DNA of 64,000 nt from the NCBI GenBank assembly GCA_000091205.1, contig AP006492.2, one strand, 5' to 3'. The notes beneath the pieces are model-generated. The model did no database searches. It was given only the letters and a program-made list of their open reading frames with translations, and had not been told where the DNA came from. Position numbers and translations under genes: made by a program. Positions 32,519 through 43,275 of the stretch are shown piece after piece (position 1 is the first letter of the stretch; the number at the start of each line of letters is the position of its first letter). This DNA comes from Cyanidioschyzon merolae. Its lineage: Eukaryota.

Positions 32519-33193
32519 TCACTTGCGCCACTCCGTGGACTCATCCTTCATTGCAATAGAGGGCGGTTTACCGCGACCCAGTTTCATTTTTAACCATTGG
32601 ATAAGGCTCATAGCTTGTTCGGGTCGAATCATCTGCGTCGGATAGTCAAAATCTTTCGCAATAACGCGGTAGCCGTACTCCAGGTCATCAGCGGTATACT
32701 TTCGCAACGCGGAGTACTTGCGCAGGGCGGCGTGGATCATGCGACGCCCCTGCTCACTGAAAACAGAGCGTGCCACTCCCTTGTTCAAAGTGTCGCCATA
32801 GAATTTGCGTCCCCAGCTCGTGCGCATAGCGTTAACCAGCATCTTCGCGCGCCCGTCGCCTCTCATGGTGCCCAGTGGGTACCACAGCCCCGAGACGGGA
32901 CTACGCGCGAGAATTGCAAACACCGGTGTACCGTCTTCAGGAACCTCTAGTTCGCTAGGCGGTGCCAGTGGAGCATTAGGTTTACCTTTCTTGGCTTGGA
33001 GGCCAATAACGCCTCGATGCGGCAGTGCGGTCGAGCGATGCACCCCAGCGGCGCTTGCCGGTGCGCTCTGTACGCGTGACCTTGGACAGAAAACACCGTG
33101 GGTATGAGCAGTTGTTAGAGATACCGCTTGTCCATTTCTGTTTAGACTTGGTTTCCAACGTGTACCACTGAAACCAGCGCCTTGGATGAACAT
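32519..33193 (-). CDS. Hypothetical conserved-looking protein, 224 aa
   Basis: ORF with a non-repetitive C-terminal half (MLVNAMRTSWGRKFYGDTLNKGVARSVFSEQGRRMIHAALRKYSALRKYTADDLEYGYRVIAKDFDYPTQMIRPEQAMSLIQWLKMKLG). Family not recognised. Confidence 0.4.
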   Translation of the reverse strand: MFIQGAGFSGTRWKPSLNRNGQAVSLTTAHTHGVFCPRSRVQSAPASAAGVHRSTALPHRGVIGLQAKKGKPNAPLAPPSELEVPEDGTPVFAILARSPVSGLWYPLGTMRGDGRAKMLVNAMRTSWGRKFYGDTLNKGVARSVFSEQGRRMIHAALRKYSALRKYTADDLEYGYRVIAKDFDYPTQMIRPEQAMSLIQWLKMKLGRGKPPSIAMKDESTEWRK

Positions 33194-33699
33194 CTGTTAC
33201 CAGTTCACCTGTGCGGCACACGAAGAGTGATGGACAATGCCTGCAATGTTCGTTGTACGGAAGGCCATCGATGGGCAGCGAGTCGTGATCGCCGGCTCCG
33301 CTGCGTGCCCGCCGTGAGCACCCCCGCAGCAGCGCTCATGGTGCCGGTGCAGATGTATGCTTGAGTCAGAGCGACTTGGCCGTACCACTTTGGGCATCGG
33401 ATGGAGTAATACTACAGCTGGCATGGAATTAGGGCTAGGTATCATTCTGGGAACCTGAAATATAGGCAGATGGACGTACTGGCTACGGCCACGCGAAGCG
33501 ATATGCTTGGAGATAACTGCAATATGAGCAACGCCCAGTCGCAGCTTGAATGCCCCTAGTCCCAGAATAAGCTGCGTTGCGAACGAGTCGCGCAGGTCTC
33601 GCCGGAGCAACCGCCACTTTAGAGGCACACCGAGCGCAAACCTGGGAGACTCGTCCGGCTCGCGGGACCTGCCTCCTGTACGGTAAACTTTCGACAATA

Positions 33700-36600
33700 T
33701 GGAAACCTGTTCCCGCTCTAAAATTTTTTTTGTTGAGGGGAAAGAAATTATTTTCTAGTTGCTAGGTAGTGGTTGGTCTCTGTCCTTTATTACGATATGG
33801 CGCACTCGATACGCCCACCTCCATATTCGGCAGGAACGGAACACGTCGCGCATGTCGCCTTTGTGGGGAGACACGATCCTGGGCACTCGTTGACCTACTG
33901 CTCTAACGGGCAAGTTGTACTAACATGAAAGTCGCATCAAAGTATAGTCTTCCATTCCAGTTGTGTTTCAACCCTCAAGTAAGTGTATTCAAGTGATTTT
34001 TTGCAGTTTATAACGAAAGCGTTCACAGCGCGGTTTTCTCAAAAATAACAAAGTAGTGGAAGTGGAATTGGAGGATTCTCGAGGACCGATATCGCCGGCT
34101 GAAGGGAAAAACGAAAAGAATTGCCGAGCAGAGAGGACCAGGAGAAGACAAAGAAGCTGAGACAGGAGGCCAGACGTCAAAGGCTGCACGAGAGACGACA
34201 GTGCGACGAAATGGTGGTGCAAGCTCTTCTTCTACGCCGTACCAAGCATCCCTGTGGGCAAACGTTGCGAGAGGCCATCAGAAACCGTGTCGAGTCGTAC
34301 TCCGTGAGTATTATAAAGGCCTCGTCAGGGCTAATGCATTTGGTGAAGGAGATGTACCATCACATTACGGATATCACAACAGTCGAGGTTCCGGAAGAAT
34401 TTTTCATCGGGACCTTTATTCGCCACCTGATGCCTGGCACAGGGAAAATGTCGACGAAATGCGAGGGAGTGCACGCCCTCCACGAAAAATTTCCCCTTTA
34501 GAGCTCCAATGGTGCTCGATACAGGGATGAAGGAGATATTTACACCTACAGGGCGATGAAGTACTTCACGAATCTGAAGGACCACGTGAAAATGAACCGC
34601 GAACGTTTCATGAAACGCTCCGTATTTGCGCTCTACCCGGGCATCTCTCGCAAGCGGATACGTGCGATTATCCATGGCATCATGAACAATCGCCAGCATG
34701 GACAGGAGATCGAATTCGTTGACGAGAAGACATCACTCTGGTAAACGAATCAGGCTTATGTCATTCGTGCGGTTATACAAGAGCACCGTGCAATCTTGGG
34801 GCTGGCGAACCCAACAGAAAAGGTATTAGATTTGAAAAAAGATAAGGAAAGATGCTATCGCCTCGTCCTACGCTATTTCGTGTTCCTGGACCGAGAACTG
34901 GAACGCAAGGCGGAGATGACGCTGAGTGAGGAAAACAATGATGAATGGCAGAGACGGAAGGCTGTCCTGATGGGTAAGCGCTTCAATGGCGTTCCGTTGT
35001 GCAGCATCAAGTCGCACTATGTGATTATCGACTCCAGAGTCCTCTACGGCGTCATGGAGGAGACCTGTCCGCAGTTCGATGGAAGGAAGACGGAGTTCAC
35101 CGGTGAAAGCCGGGAGACGTACTGGAAGAATATCTTCTATTTCAAACGTCGCAAAGTGAGCAAGCAGAGGGTATTCACGGGCATAATCGAAACCGATGGA
35201 GTGTCCATGTGTGTACACTGTCGGCGGTTGAAGGCGGATCGTCCTATCGTGCCTTCGGCTTCGCCCGTGACGAAGCATGAAGAAAAGAAAGAGGCGGATC
35301 CTGCGACGCAGGAGGTGCATGAGAGTGACTTTGTCGTCGGCGTGGACCCCGGAAACACGATGAATATAGCCGTTGCAGCACCCAAGCGTGCGGAAGATGG
35401 CAGTGACGGTGACTTACGTCAGAAAGACATGCGTCTTTTCAAGCTCTCGAGAGCAAGATACCATCGAGAATCGGGAATCATGAATGCGAGGAAGAAAATC
35501 GAGACGTGGAATGCAGGAATCAAGGATCACCTGGAAGTTATGGGCGAGGTGGCGAGCCGCGGAGCAGACTTTAAAGCTTTTCGGGAGTTCGTGAAAATTC
35601 GTGTTGCCCATTGGGGTGCGCTGTGGAAAGAGTACGCCAAGCCCCGGTGGGCTCGTCTGCGTATGAACCTGTACTGTGGAAAACAGCGTGCATTCGCGAA
35701 TTTTTTCAATCAGTTGAGAGCCTTGAAGGAGGCCGAGAGTCAGAGGCTCGTAGTGGCATACGGAGCAGGGCGCAGGAAGACCCATAAAGGAACTACGCCA
35801 GCTCCAAGGACGAGAGCGTACAAGGAATGTGCACCGCGTTTCGACACGATACCTGTAGATGAGTTCCGAACGTCGTATACACATCATGAACTGGGGGTGT
35901 ACGCTTCAGAGAGTTGGGATGGAAAAGCGCCAGCAGAGCTCCGAGGATATGGCAAAAGTACGGAGCCCTGACGGAAGAGCAAATGGAAAGGAGGGCGAAC
36001 GTTCGTGGACTACTTGCATCAGTGAGTACAACCAGTGATGGCAAGAAACGTATGGAGTTCGTGAATAGAGACTTTCATGCAGCTATCAAAATAAGAAGAC
36101 GTGCGATGATGGAGAAAAGACCTGCAGAGTGGACGCGAGAGAACTTTGTTGGGCAACGTCTCAAGGTGGAACTATATGAGAAAAACTTGAGACCAGTAGA
36201 AGGTGGCCGGTCCAAAAAGACGGGGAAGCGTCTGCACATCAGTTGGAGACGTTTCGTCTGGGGCAAGTTTCTCGCCACAACTGTGCACTGCCGGCGACTG
36301 CTTTCGACTTTTAAAAGGCGTTCGCTAGCGGTGTCTTTCCAGCCGTCGTCCGGTGTACTCGCGAAAGGACCAATGTGATGCACAGAGGTAGATGCCGGAA
36401 ACAGAAGCGCGCCCTAGGTTTCGTGGATACAAGGCGCGGACCCACGTAGAGATATTCCCGAAAGTTTCCCAAGGGCTACGTTCGAGTCCAAAGTAAATAC
36501 TCTTCGGAACATCAGACGACGAGCTATGCCCTTTGTCATGGACGCAGCGGAGCGGAGGACATTGTCGCCGCCACCGCCACCACCACCAACGCACCCGCAG

Positions 36601-36900
36601 GTATCACAGGTCTTCGAAAAGGAAACCATCGAGGCCGTTGAGCCGCATACAAGCCGGATCACGTTTCCATGGATGGTTCGTACATGAAAGCACCTCATCA
36701 TGACCAAGCTCTGGTTAACTGTTGACTCGGCGCGTGCCAGGGCCTGATCAAATGATAGCAAACACGATCCCCGGAACGCTTCGCACCAGACTTTTTGTAC
36801 CCCGCATGATTGATGTATAGCATGCCCGCTTCCCATATCCCATGAAAGGAACCCGCTGTCCCGCTCCACGATGCATCGACAGAGCAGCGTTCTAGCAGAG
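33700..36900 (+). mobile_element. Lower-GC island carrying a decayed TnpB/Fanzor-like nuclease gene (candidate degenerate IS605/IS607-like or Fanzor-type element). Boundaries are approximate and no terminal repeats were identified.
   Basis: Composition drops from about 58-60% to about 45-52% GC, with A-rich runs (aaaattttttttgttgaggggaaagaaattattttc...). The island contains relic A below. Flanking genes (32519..33193 and PheRS at 36981) have normal composition. Confidence 0.45.
34121..36380 (+). pseudogene. TnpB/Fanzor-like RuvC nuclease, relic A (about 650 aa reconstructed), interrupted by two in-frame stops (TAG at 34499, TAA at 34742) and one frameshift between the RuvC-II and RuvC-III motifs
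   Basis: ORFs 34121..34501, 34556..34744 and 34796..35971 are all in the same frame. RuvC-I is [16 protein letters not shown] (Asp at 35345-47). RuvC-II is VVAYGAGRRK...IPVDEFRTSYTHHELG (Glu at 35861-63). RuvC-III is FVNRDFHAAIKI, in the -1 frame (Asp at 36069-71, ORF 35914..36378). The zinc-finger Cys residues are replaced (YTHHELG). It aligns with relics B and C. Confidence 0.6.
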
Positions 36901-36980
36901 CGCGCTCATAGGCGCATGGCGATCAGTACACGCGGGCTTCTGCGCTGGAGTTGTTGCTCGACGACGTACCGCAGCCGTCT

Positions 36981-38870
36981 ATGCCAACCGTAACAGTTAT
37001 ACGCGATCGATTCTTGAAGGCACTGGACTCTGATCTCGATGAAGCGGCGCTAGAGCAACTCTGCTTCTCGTATGGTCTAGAAGTGGAAACCGTGGAGGAC
37101 GAGCCGCTGAGCGACCTGCTCGGCGGCCAGCGCGCTCGCTCTGGTTGGTCAGACTCCATCGACGACGTCGAAAACTACGCAGGCCCTCTAGACCAGCACG
37201 TCGCTTGTTTAAAAATCGAGGTACCGGCAAACCGTCCAGACTTGTTGTGCTTCGAAGGCTTAGTGCAGGCGCTTCGCGTCTTCCGCGGCCTTGATAAACC
37301 AGCTGCGTTTCTGCTGCAGCGAACGGAGCCGCGGGAGCGGATCCTTGTGAGAACGAATGCACTGCGCCCATACATTGTGGCTGCAGTGCTGCGCGGTATA
37401 GACCTATCGGATCCGCTGCGGTATCAGTCGCTGATGGATCTACAGGAGCACCTTCATCAAAACCTAGGTCGTCGCCGTGCGCTCGTCGCGATCGGTACGC
37501 ACGACCTCGATACTGTCAAGGGGCCCTGCACCTACACGGTGAAAGACCCCAGAGAGATTCGCTTTCGACCATTGGCCGCTGAGCGCGAGCTGAGCGGTCT
37601 CGAAATCATAGAGCACTACCGACTCGACAAGCATCTGAAACGCTACCTGCCGCTCGTGGAAGGTGCACAGGCGTACCCGCTCCTTCATGATAGCGAGGAT
37701 CAGGTGCTATCGCTCCCGCCTATCATCAATGGTGATCGAACCAAAATCCGTCCTAGCACGCGAAATATGTTGATCGAATGCACTGGAACGGACCTAGTGA
37801 AGCTCACCACCGCGCTGACCGTCATCGTGGCCTCCTTCTCCCGGTATTGTCTGCCGGCGTTTTATGTGGAGCCAGTGACGATTCACTACGATCAACCGCT
37901 ACCGGAGGATAGGCTTGCAGCGATCAAAGCCAACGTGCTCGATTCGCAAACGCTATGCACACCGTGGGTCGAGGACGCGCAAATGCAGGTTTCTGCGCGT
38001 TACGTACAATCGCTACTGGGGGTCTCGCTCTCGGTATCGGAGCTGGAACGTCACCTTCAGCGCATGCAGTTGCACCTAGTGTCTGTCGTGGAAAACGAGG
38101 CATTCGATCAGGTCCTCAACGTTCAGGTACCAGTCTTCAGGAGCGACATCCTCCATCCGTGTGACGTTGCGGAGGACGTAGGCGTCAGTTATGGTTTCGA
38201 TCATGTTCCCGAGCGCACTGCTCCCTGTGTGCCAGTCGGGCAGTGGCGACCCTTGGAGCGCTTAACAGATCATCTTCGTCGCGAGCTCGCGCAACAGGGA
38301 TACTTCGAGGTTTTAACCTGGGTAACCGTGTCGCACGCTGAAAATACCGAAATGCTGCAACGCAGCGATGCACAGTCGCCAGCTGTGCGTCTACATAATC
38401 CCAAAACTCTAGAATTCGAGGAATGCCGGACCAGTCTTCTCGTGGGGCTGTTGAAGACACTTCGCGAGCATCGGGAAGCGCCGCTTCCTCTGCGCCTTTT
38501 CGAGACCGGTGATGTCGTCCTGCTTGATTCCAAAAGCGAGACCGGAGCCCGAAATGAGCGTCATCTTGCGGCAGTTTATAGTGACGTCCGCGCAGGTTTC
38601 GAGATCGTGAAGCATCTTCTCGATCGGATCATACTTGCTTTGAATTTGAAGTCCTTGGGATACAATGCAGGTTACCGACTGGACCCAAAAGCTTGTCACG
38701 ATGACCTCTTCTTTCCAGGTCGACGAGCGACGATTCTTGTGGAGCGGCCCAACGGGGCTCGGTTCGCGCTCGGGAGTATGGGCTGGCTCCACCCGCAGGT
38801 ACTGAAGAACTTTGGTCTTGCGGCGCCAGCGTCAGCGTTCGAGTTGAACGTGCAACCTTTTGCTGCGTAG
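36981..38870 (+). CDS. FARSB: Phenylalanyl-tRNA synthetase beta subunit (cytosolic/archaeal-eukaryotic type), about 629 aa
   Basis: MPTVTVIRDRFLKALD... is the typical PheRS-beta N-terminus (MPTVSV.RD.L). It has B3/B4 and B5 domain-like segments. The C-terminal catalytic-like fold ...LNPKTLEFEECRTSLLVGLLKTLREHREAPLPLRLFETGDVVL...FFPGRRATI is the conserved eukaryotic FARSB core. Confidence 0.88.
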   Translation: MPTVTVIRDRFLKALDSDLDEAALEQLCFSYGLEVETVEDEPLSDLLGGQRARSGWSDSIDDVENYAGPLDQHVACLKIEVPANRPDLLCFEGLVQALRVFRGLDKPAAFLLQRTEPRERILVRTNALRPYIVAAVLRGIDLSDPLRYQSLMDLQEHLHQNLGRRRALVAIGTHDLDTVKGPCTYTVKDPREIRFRPLAAERELSGLEIIEHYRLDKHLKRYLPLVEGAQAYPLLHDSEDQVLSLPPIINGDRTKIRPSTRNMLIECTGTDLVKLTTALTVIVASFSRYCLPAFYVEPVTIHYDQPLPEDRLAAIKANVLDSQTLCTPWVEDAQMQVSARYVQSLLGVSLSVSELERHLQRMQLHLVSVVENEAFDQVLNVQVPVFRSDILHPCDVAEDVGVSYGFDHVPERTAPCVPVGQWRPLERLTDHLRRELAQQGYFEVLTWVTVSHAENTEMLQRSDAQSPAVRLHNPKTLEFEECRTSLLVGLLKTLREHREAPLPLRLFETGDVVLLDSKSETGARNERHLAAVYSDVRAGFEIVKHLLDRIILALNLKSLGYNAGYRLDPKACHDDLFFPGRRATILVERPNGARFALGSMGWLHPQVLKNFGLAAPASAFELNVQPFAA

Positions 38871-39933
38871 CTGGGCGTCTGCAAGTGCAGTATATCCAGC
38901 ACAGAGAGTTGCTCGGTTCGGCACGCGTTTCCTGTGCCGTCAACAAAGTGCTCGATTCACGCGTATTGGCCAGCGTCGTGCAACTGCCAGGGCCTTTGCC
39001 AGACCAGTTCAAAACATTCATGGAACAGAAATCCTTAAGGATGTGCAGTGTTGGAGCGATAGTGTTGCAGGACGCCAGCCCTTACGTCGCGTCTCCAGCA
39101 CGTTAGCCAGAGTCTCAGGCGAGCGCAACTCCTGCGGCGTTGCCAGTGGAATCTAGCACCTGTTCTTGAGGAAATTCCTATGCCACAGTGGGTGGAACGC
39201 GAAAGCATCTGTTCAGGAAGAGCGGTCTCTTCGCTGGTCACTAATGGCAACCACGTAGCCTTCAAGTGTAAGTTTCATCCTCTTTAGAATGAAATGGAAC
39301 GGGTGGTCCATCTGGGGCGTACCCCCTTCAGGTTGTGTCTCTTCCCGGTGTCATGAAGAATACGAGGTGCCATGGACCAGACAAATCGGAAACTTGAAGC
39401 ATGCTTTGTCCGGCCTTGGTATGCGCTGGGAACAGAAAAGAATGGCGACCTGTACGTATGCATTGGACGATGACACGGGTTATTTTACGAAGCTTTATTT
39501 GTAGGCATCGCGAATCATTTGATGACAATGACGTATCGAATTCTATTGCCAAACCGCCGAAGGAACCTCGCCAAAAACAACACAACCGAAACCCCAAGAA
39601 TTACGTATGCATCCGTATGCCCGCATTGCTGAACGTCAAATATCGACGCTGTACGTCCCCCGAAAAAAAATACTCGGAGATATCTCGAGGCAGGAAGAGA
39701 GCGAGCAGTTCAGTTTTTCTTTTCCATTGGACTCGGGTGGATGGAAAACGCTTGACGAGGATGGAGCATCCGCAGGGCCGTCCGATCGTTCCAACTTCGG
39801 CTCTCCAGTCATTGCTCTGGTGCGGTTTCCGCTTGGCGAGCGCAGTGTACACGAGCTGGACCGCAACGCGCTCCCGTTGACCGAGTTGCAAAATGAGCTA
39901 CACTAGGCTGGACGGAATCACCGTTCACCAAGT

Positions 39934-40725
39934 TTGAACGAGCAAGACTGTCGCCATAATACGAGTCTTTCTTTCGTTCTCGCAAACGCTGTGGGATCGC
40001 GAAAAGCAATTCAGCCCCGGGGGAGAGGTATGTGGGTGCCGGTTGGCGCTCAGAGGCCCCAGAAAGCGCCGCGACGATGGGTGCTCTTTGTGTCGCGCCC
40101 GCTCATTGCTTGCAGTGATGCCGGAAACCACAGCGACAACGGTCGAGAAGAGCCGAACCCTGCTTCAGGCTCGGGTCACGGGTTCCTGCTGCCGCCCCAG
40201 CGAAAGCCAGTAGAAAGGATCCTCCGAGACCAAGTGCAGGCGTACGTCGCGCGGCGAACGGCGCCTCCGCCGGGTCCGCTCTATGTTGCCGTACCTGCTC
40301 AAGAACTAACGCTCTATGCAGAACAGATTCAGGTATTTTTGCATCCCCAGAAGGGCGCGGAGATGGCTTGGCTACGACCACTGATCCTGCGGCTTCCCTA
40401 CTCGGAACCTGGGGCGACCACTGGACGGGGCACTGCCCCAGGGTCGTCAGCGACGCCCGGAGCGAGCGCAGCGCCAGCTGGAGCTGCACCCAGCTCGGAA
40501 GAACATATGCCGCAAGTTTATCTCTGTGCCGGCCTCGTATCGGATATTGTCATTCCAGCTGGGTGCTGCTCGCGCATCGTTTCTGAATGGGAAAAGACAA
40601 TGATCCGAATGTATGTCGTAGCGAGCCAATATCAAGCAGCCTGCAACGCTGCAGATGATACAGCACGGGCACGCATCATGACGCTCTATGGACGCTGGCT
40701 GCGGGAAATCTGTGGAGCGGACTAG
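39934..40725 (+). CDS. Hypothetical protein, 263 aa ORF (the true start may be an internal Met)
   Basis: ORF with a conserved-looking C-terminal part (VYLCAGLVSDIVIPAGCCSRIVSEWEKTMIRMYVVASQYQAACNAADDTARARIMTLYGRWLREI). Family not recognised. Confidence 0.3.
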   Translation: MNEQDCRHNTSLSFVLANAVGSRKAIQPRGRGMWVPVGAQRPQKAPRRWVLFVSRPLIACSDAGNHSDNGREEPNPASGSGHGFLLPPQRKPVERILRDQVQAYVARRTAPPPGPLYVAVPAQELTLYAEQIQVFLHPQKGAEMAWLRPLILRLPYSEPGATTGRGTAPGSSATPGASAAPAGAAPSSEEHMPQVYLCAGLVSDIVIPAGCCSRIVSEWEKTMIRMYVVASQYQAACNAADDTARARIMTLYGRWLREICGAD

Positions 40726-41469
40726 AGCCCTCGAACGAGTGCAAAGCGTGCATTTCAGCTGGTGCCTGGAAGCGCCTAGAGGTCGCTCTCATATTCGCAC
40801 TCGCTGTGAGGCAGTGCCTCAGTGAACGACTCAGGGCAAGCATATGCGCTGTAGAGCGACCTGGGAACAGCCACGCACCATTGCGGATTCCAGCAACCGG
40901 ATCAGAACGACTCATTCGGAGAAAGCACCGGTTTTACTAGCACGGAAAGCGTAACAGAACGTAACAACGGCGACAGCAGCATCAGCAAGGTACGCTGGCA
41001 CTGCCTGCCGCGCCATCACGCAGTGACAGCGCCAATGCGCTACGGAAACTGTGCATCCAAGGCCGCAGCAGAGCATGCGATGTCGTCAACGGGTGTTGCT
41101 ACTTGCACACCATACAACAAAAACCCGCTTCCATGTACCCGCATAGGCCGTAAAACGAAACGTACGCTCGCAGTGACAAGCGCGTTTGGCAAGTTTGTAT
41201 AGATCTGTCCCGGGCTTGCGCCCCCTACGGAAGGTGCCGCCAGCCCGCATTTCATGCATAACGTGAACCAGCGGCTGCCTCAGGATCATCTCTCGAGCTC
41301 GCCGTAGCGATGGTGCTCGCGCTAGCGCCCCCCGCGCGATCCCTCTCGTGTGCGTGTCCAGCGATGCGGTCGATGCGTGCGAGCACTGCACACCCGCGAT
41401 CCGCCTGGCACGCGTGTGCCCGCCTCGGATCATAGAGGGCGCCAAAATGCCGTGCTCACTTGCCCAGCT

Positions 41470-42443
41470 CTAATCATCCCAGTCTGAACTGCAGACGGAA
41501 TGCTCGTCATCGCTGAGAGGTACCGGAGCTGAGAACTTTCGCAGCAACGGATCGCTGATGACGTCGGCCGGGACCGAATGGAAGGGAACGCTTGGTGTGT
41601 GCGGAAGCGATCGCAAACTTTCGAGCAACTGCACCATCATTCGATGCAAGTAACTCGGCGTGTTCAGGTTCTCCATATTGCTTGGTCGAATTCGCAATCG
41701 AAAATCCGGTCCATAGTACTCATAGTATGGGTTGTAGGGTATCATGTCATCGAGAACGACACCGGCTGCGAGCGCCGTTTCATACGCCCAACATCGCGCC
41801 ACGTTGCGAATGGTATAGCCGCCGCCACCCAGCAGCATCAACTGGACGCCGTAGCGTTGGAAGAAACGTACGCACTGCGCGTGTCCGTCCAGCGACAGGT
41901 TGAAGCAACCCAGACGATCGCCACTGAGGGAGTCGGCCCCGCATTGGAGCACGACTGCGGTCGGCTGATACCATTCCATCACTCTGGACATGATCGGAGC
42001 AAAGATTTCGCGATAGCAGACATCGTCGATACCGTCCTGCAATGGGAAATTGAGTGCGTAGTGTCTTCCAGGGCCGTATCCAATGTCTCGCACATCGCCG
42101 GTACCAGGAAAAAAGTTCCCGAATTTGTGGAAAGAGCACGTCATCACCCGGTTGGTCGTGTAGAACGCCTCCTCGACGCCGTCGCCATGATGTACGTCGA
42201 TGTCACAGTATAGAACGCGGGCGTGATGCTTGAGCAACTCTAAAATCGCCAGCACGCAGTCATTGACGTAACAGAAACCGGAAGCTTCACTTTTCTTCGC
42301 GTGATGCAGTCCGCCTGACCAGTTGATAGCCACGTCGCAGAAACCGCGGTTCAGGCGGGCAGCACCAGCTAGGGAGCCGCCGGCGCTTATCTGGCAAAAG
42401 CGATAGATGTCATCAAAACAGGGGGAATCCTCAAACAAGCCAA
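41470..42443 (-). CDS. HDAC1: Class I histone deacetylase (RPD3/HDAC1-like), exon 2
   Basis: [114 protein letters not shown]...[16 protein letters not shown] is about 70% identical to human HDAC1. The exon begins right after the AG at 42444-42445. Confidence 0.9.
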
Positions 42444-42685
42444 CTAATTGACGGAAATGGTTAGTTCAAGTTCTGGGGTATACGCGCTCGAACGTGCGAT
42501 TCGCTGGCGCTCCTCTCAGACTGGGCAGCACAACCGTTACTCACGTTCAGCGAGCTAGCGGTTGCGGATTCCGGAGTACGCCCTCGTTGCATCCAGCCTC
42601 TTTGGTCTCGGTAGAGGAAGCCTGGTTGTCATCAGTGAAGAGCCGGCGCGCGAACCGTTTCATCAGTGCGAAAATGAAAACTTAC
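42444..42685 (-). other. Spliceosomal intron of the HDAC gene (242 nt, phase 1), GTAAGT donor, ...TCAATTAG acceptor
   Basis: On the - strand the donor is ...CAGAGGT|GTAAGTTTTCATT and the acceptor is ...CCGTCAATTAG|TTGGCTTGTTTGAGGAT. Splicing is needed to join two ORFs that together match HDAC1 colinearly. Confidence 0.8.
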
Positions 42686-43016
42686 ACCTCTGCAATTGGT
42701 CCAGCTGCTTCTGTGCGGTTTCCGGGGTGATGCGCCGCAAGAACTCGATGTACTCGTCGGAGTGGAAGCGCGTCAGATCTCGCTCCGTTGCGCGAGGCGG
42801 TTGCAGTACCTGCAGTTTCTCGTGAACTCCGTAAGCAATAAGAAGCTCGTGAACCATTCGCATTCTATGGGGTTTCATTGGATGTCCCAAAGCGTAATAG
42901 TAGTTGCCGACGTCATGGTCGTAAAAGTACGCCACGCGGGACGGGAAAGCCTCAAGCGTGCCGACGCGCGACTCGGACGTGCCAGCCTCCGCTTTCATTG
43001 GAGCGGTGCTCAGCAA
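42686..43016 (-). CDS. HDAC1: Class I histone deacetylase, exon 1 (N-terminus)
   Basis: [84 protein letters not shown] matches the HDAC1 N-terminus ([84 protein letters not shown]). The join ...QLQR|[12 protein letters not shown] restores the HDAC alignment (QMQRFNVGEDCPVFDG). Confidence 0.85.
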
Positions 43017-43275
43017 GTAGAGACGTCGATCACGCCCTTGTTTGCAGCGTGACCGAAATAAGACAATTGCTGCTCAATAACGAGGTCAGATCAAGTCGAT
43101 GCTCGCCGAAGCAACAGGAAACCTCTGTTGATACGAGCCTTGAAACAGCACCGGCAGACGCAACGACTGTAGCCAGGGCGCGCCATCATCGCAGCAGCCG
43201 CAACCTAGAGGTCATCGGTTGGCACGCGTTGGTGATAGGTACTGTGAACGGGCGTTCGAGCACCGTAGACACGCC

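Noticed and set aside
33979-34006. 28-nt gtaagt...ttttttgcag segment resembling a miniature intron, just upstream of the Fanzor-like ORF
   Set aside because: Much shorter than the one verified intron (242 nt) and it joins no recognisable coding segments. Probably chance, within AT-richer sequence.
34499-34744. The two in-frame stops of the Fanzor-like gene interpreted as 3n-length introns
   Set aside because: No GTAAGT-type donor or suitable acceptor brackets either stop at a multiple-of-3 distance. Pseudogenisation is the simpler reading, but RNA-seq is needed, so this stays a stated alternative under the main finding.
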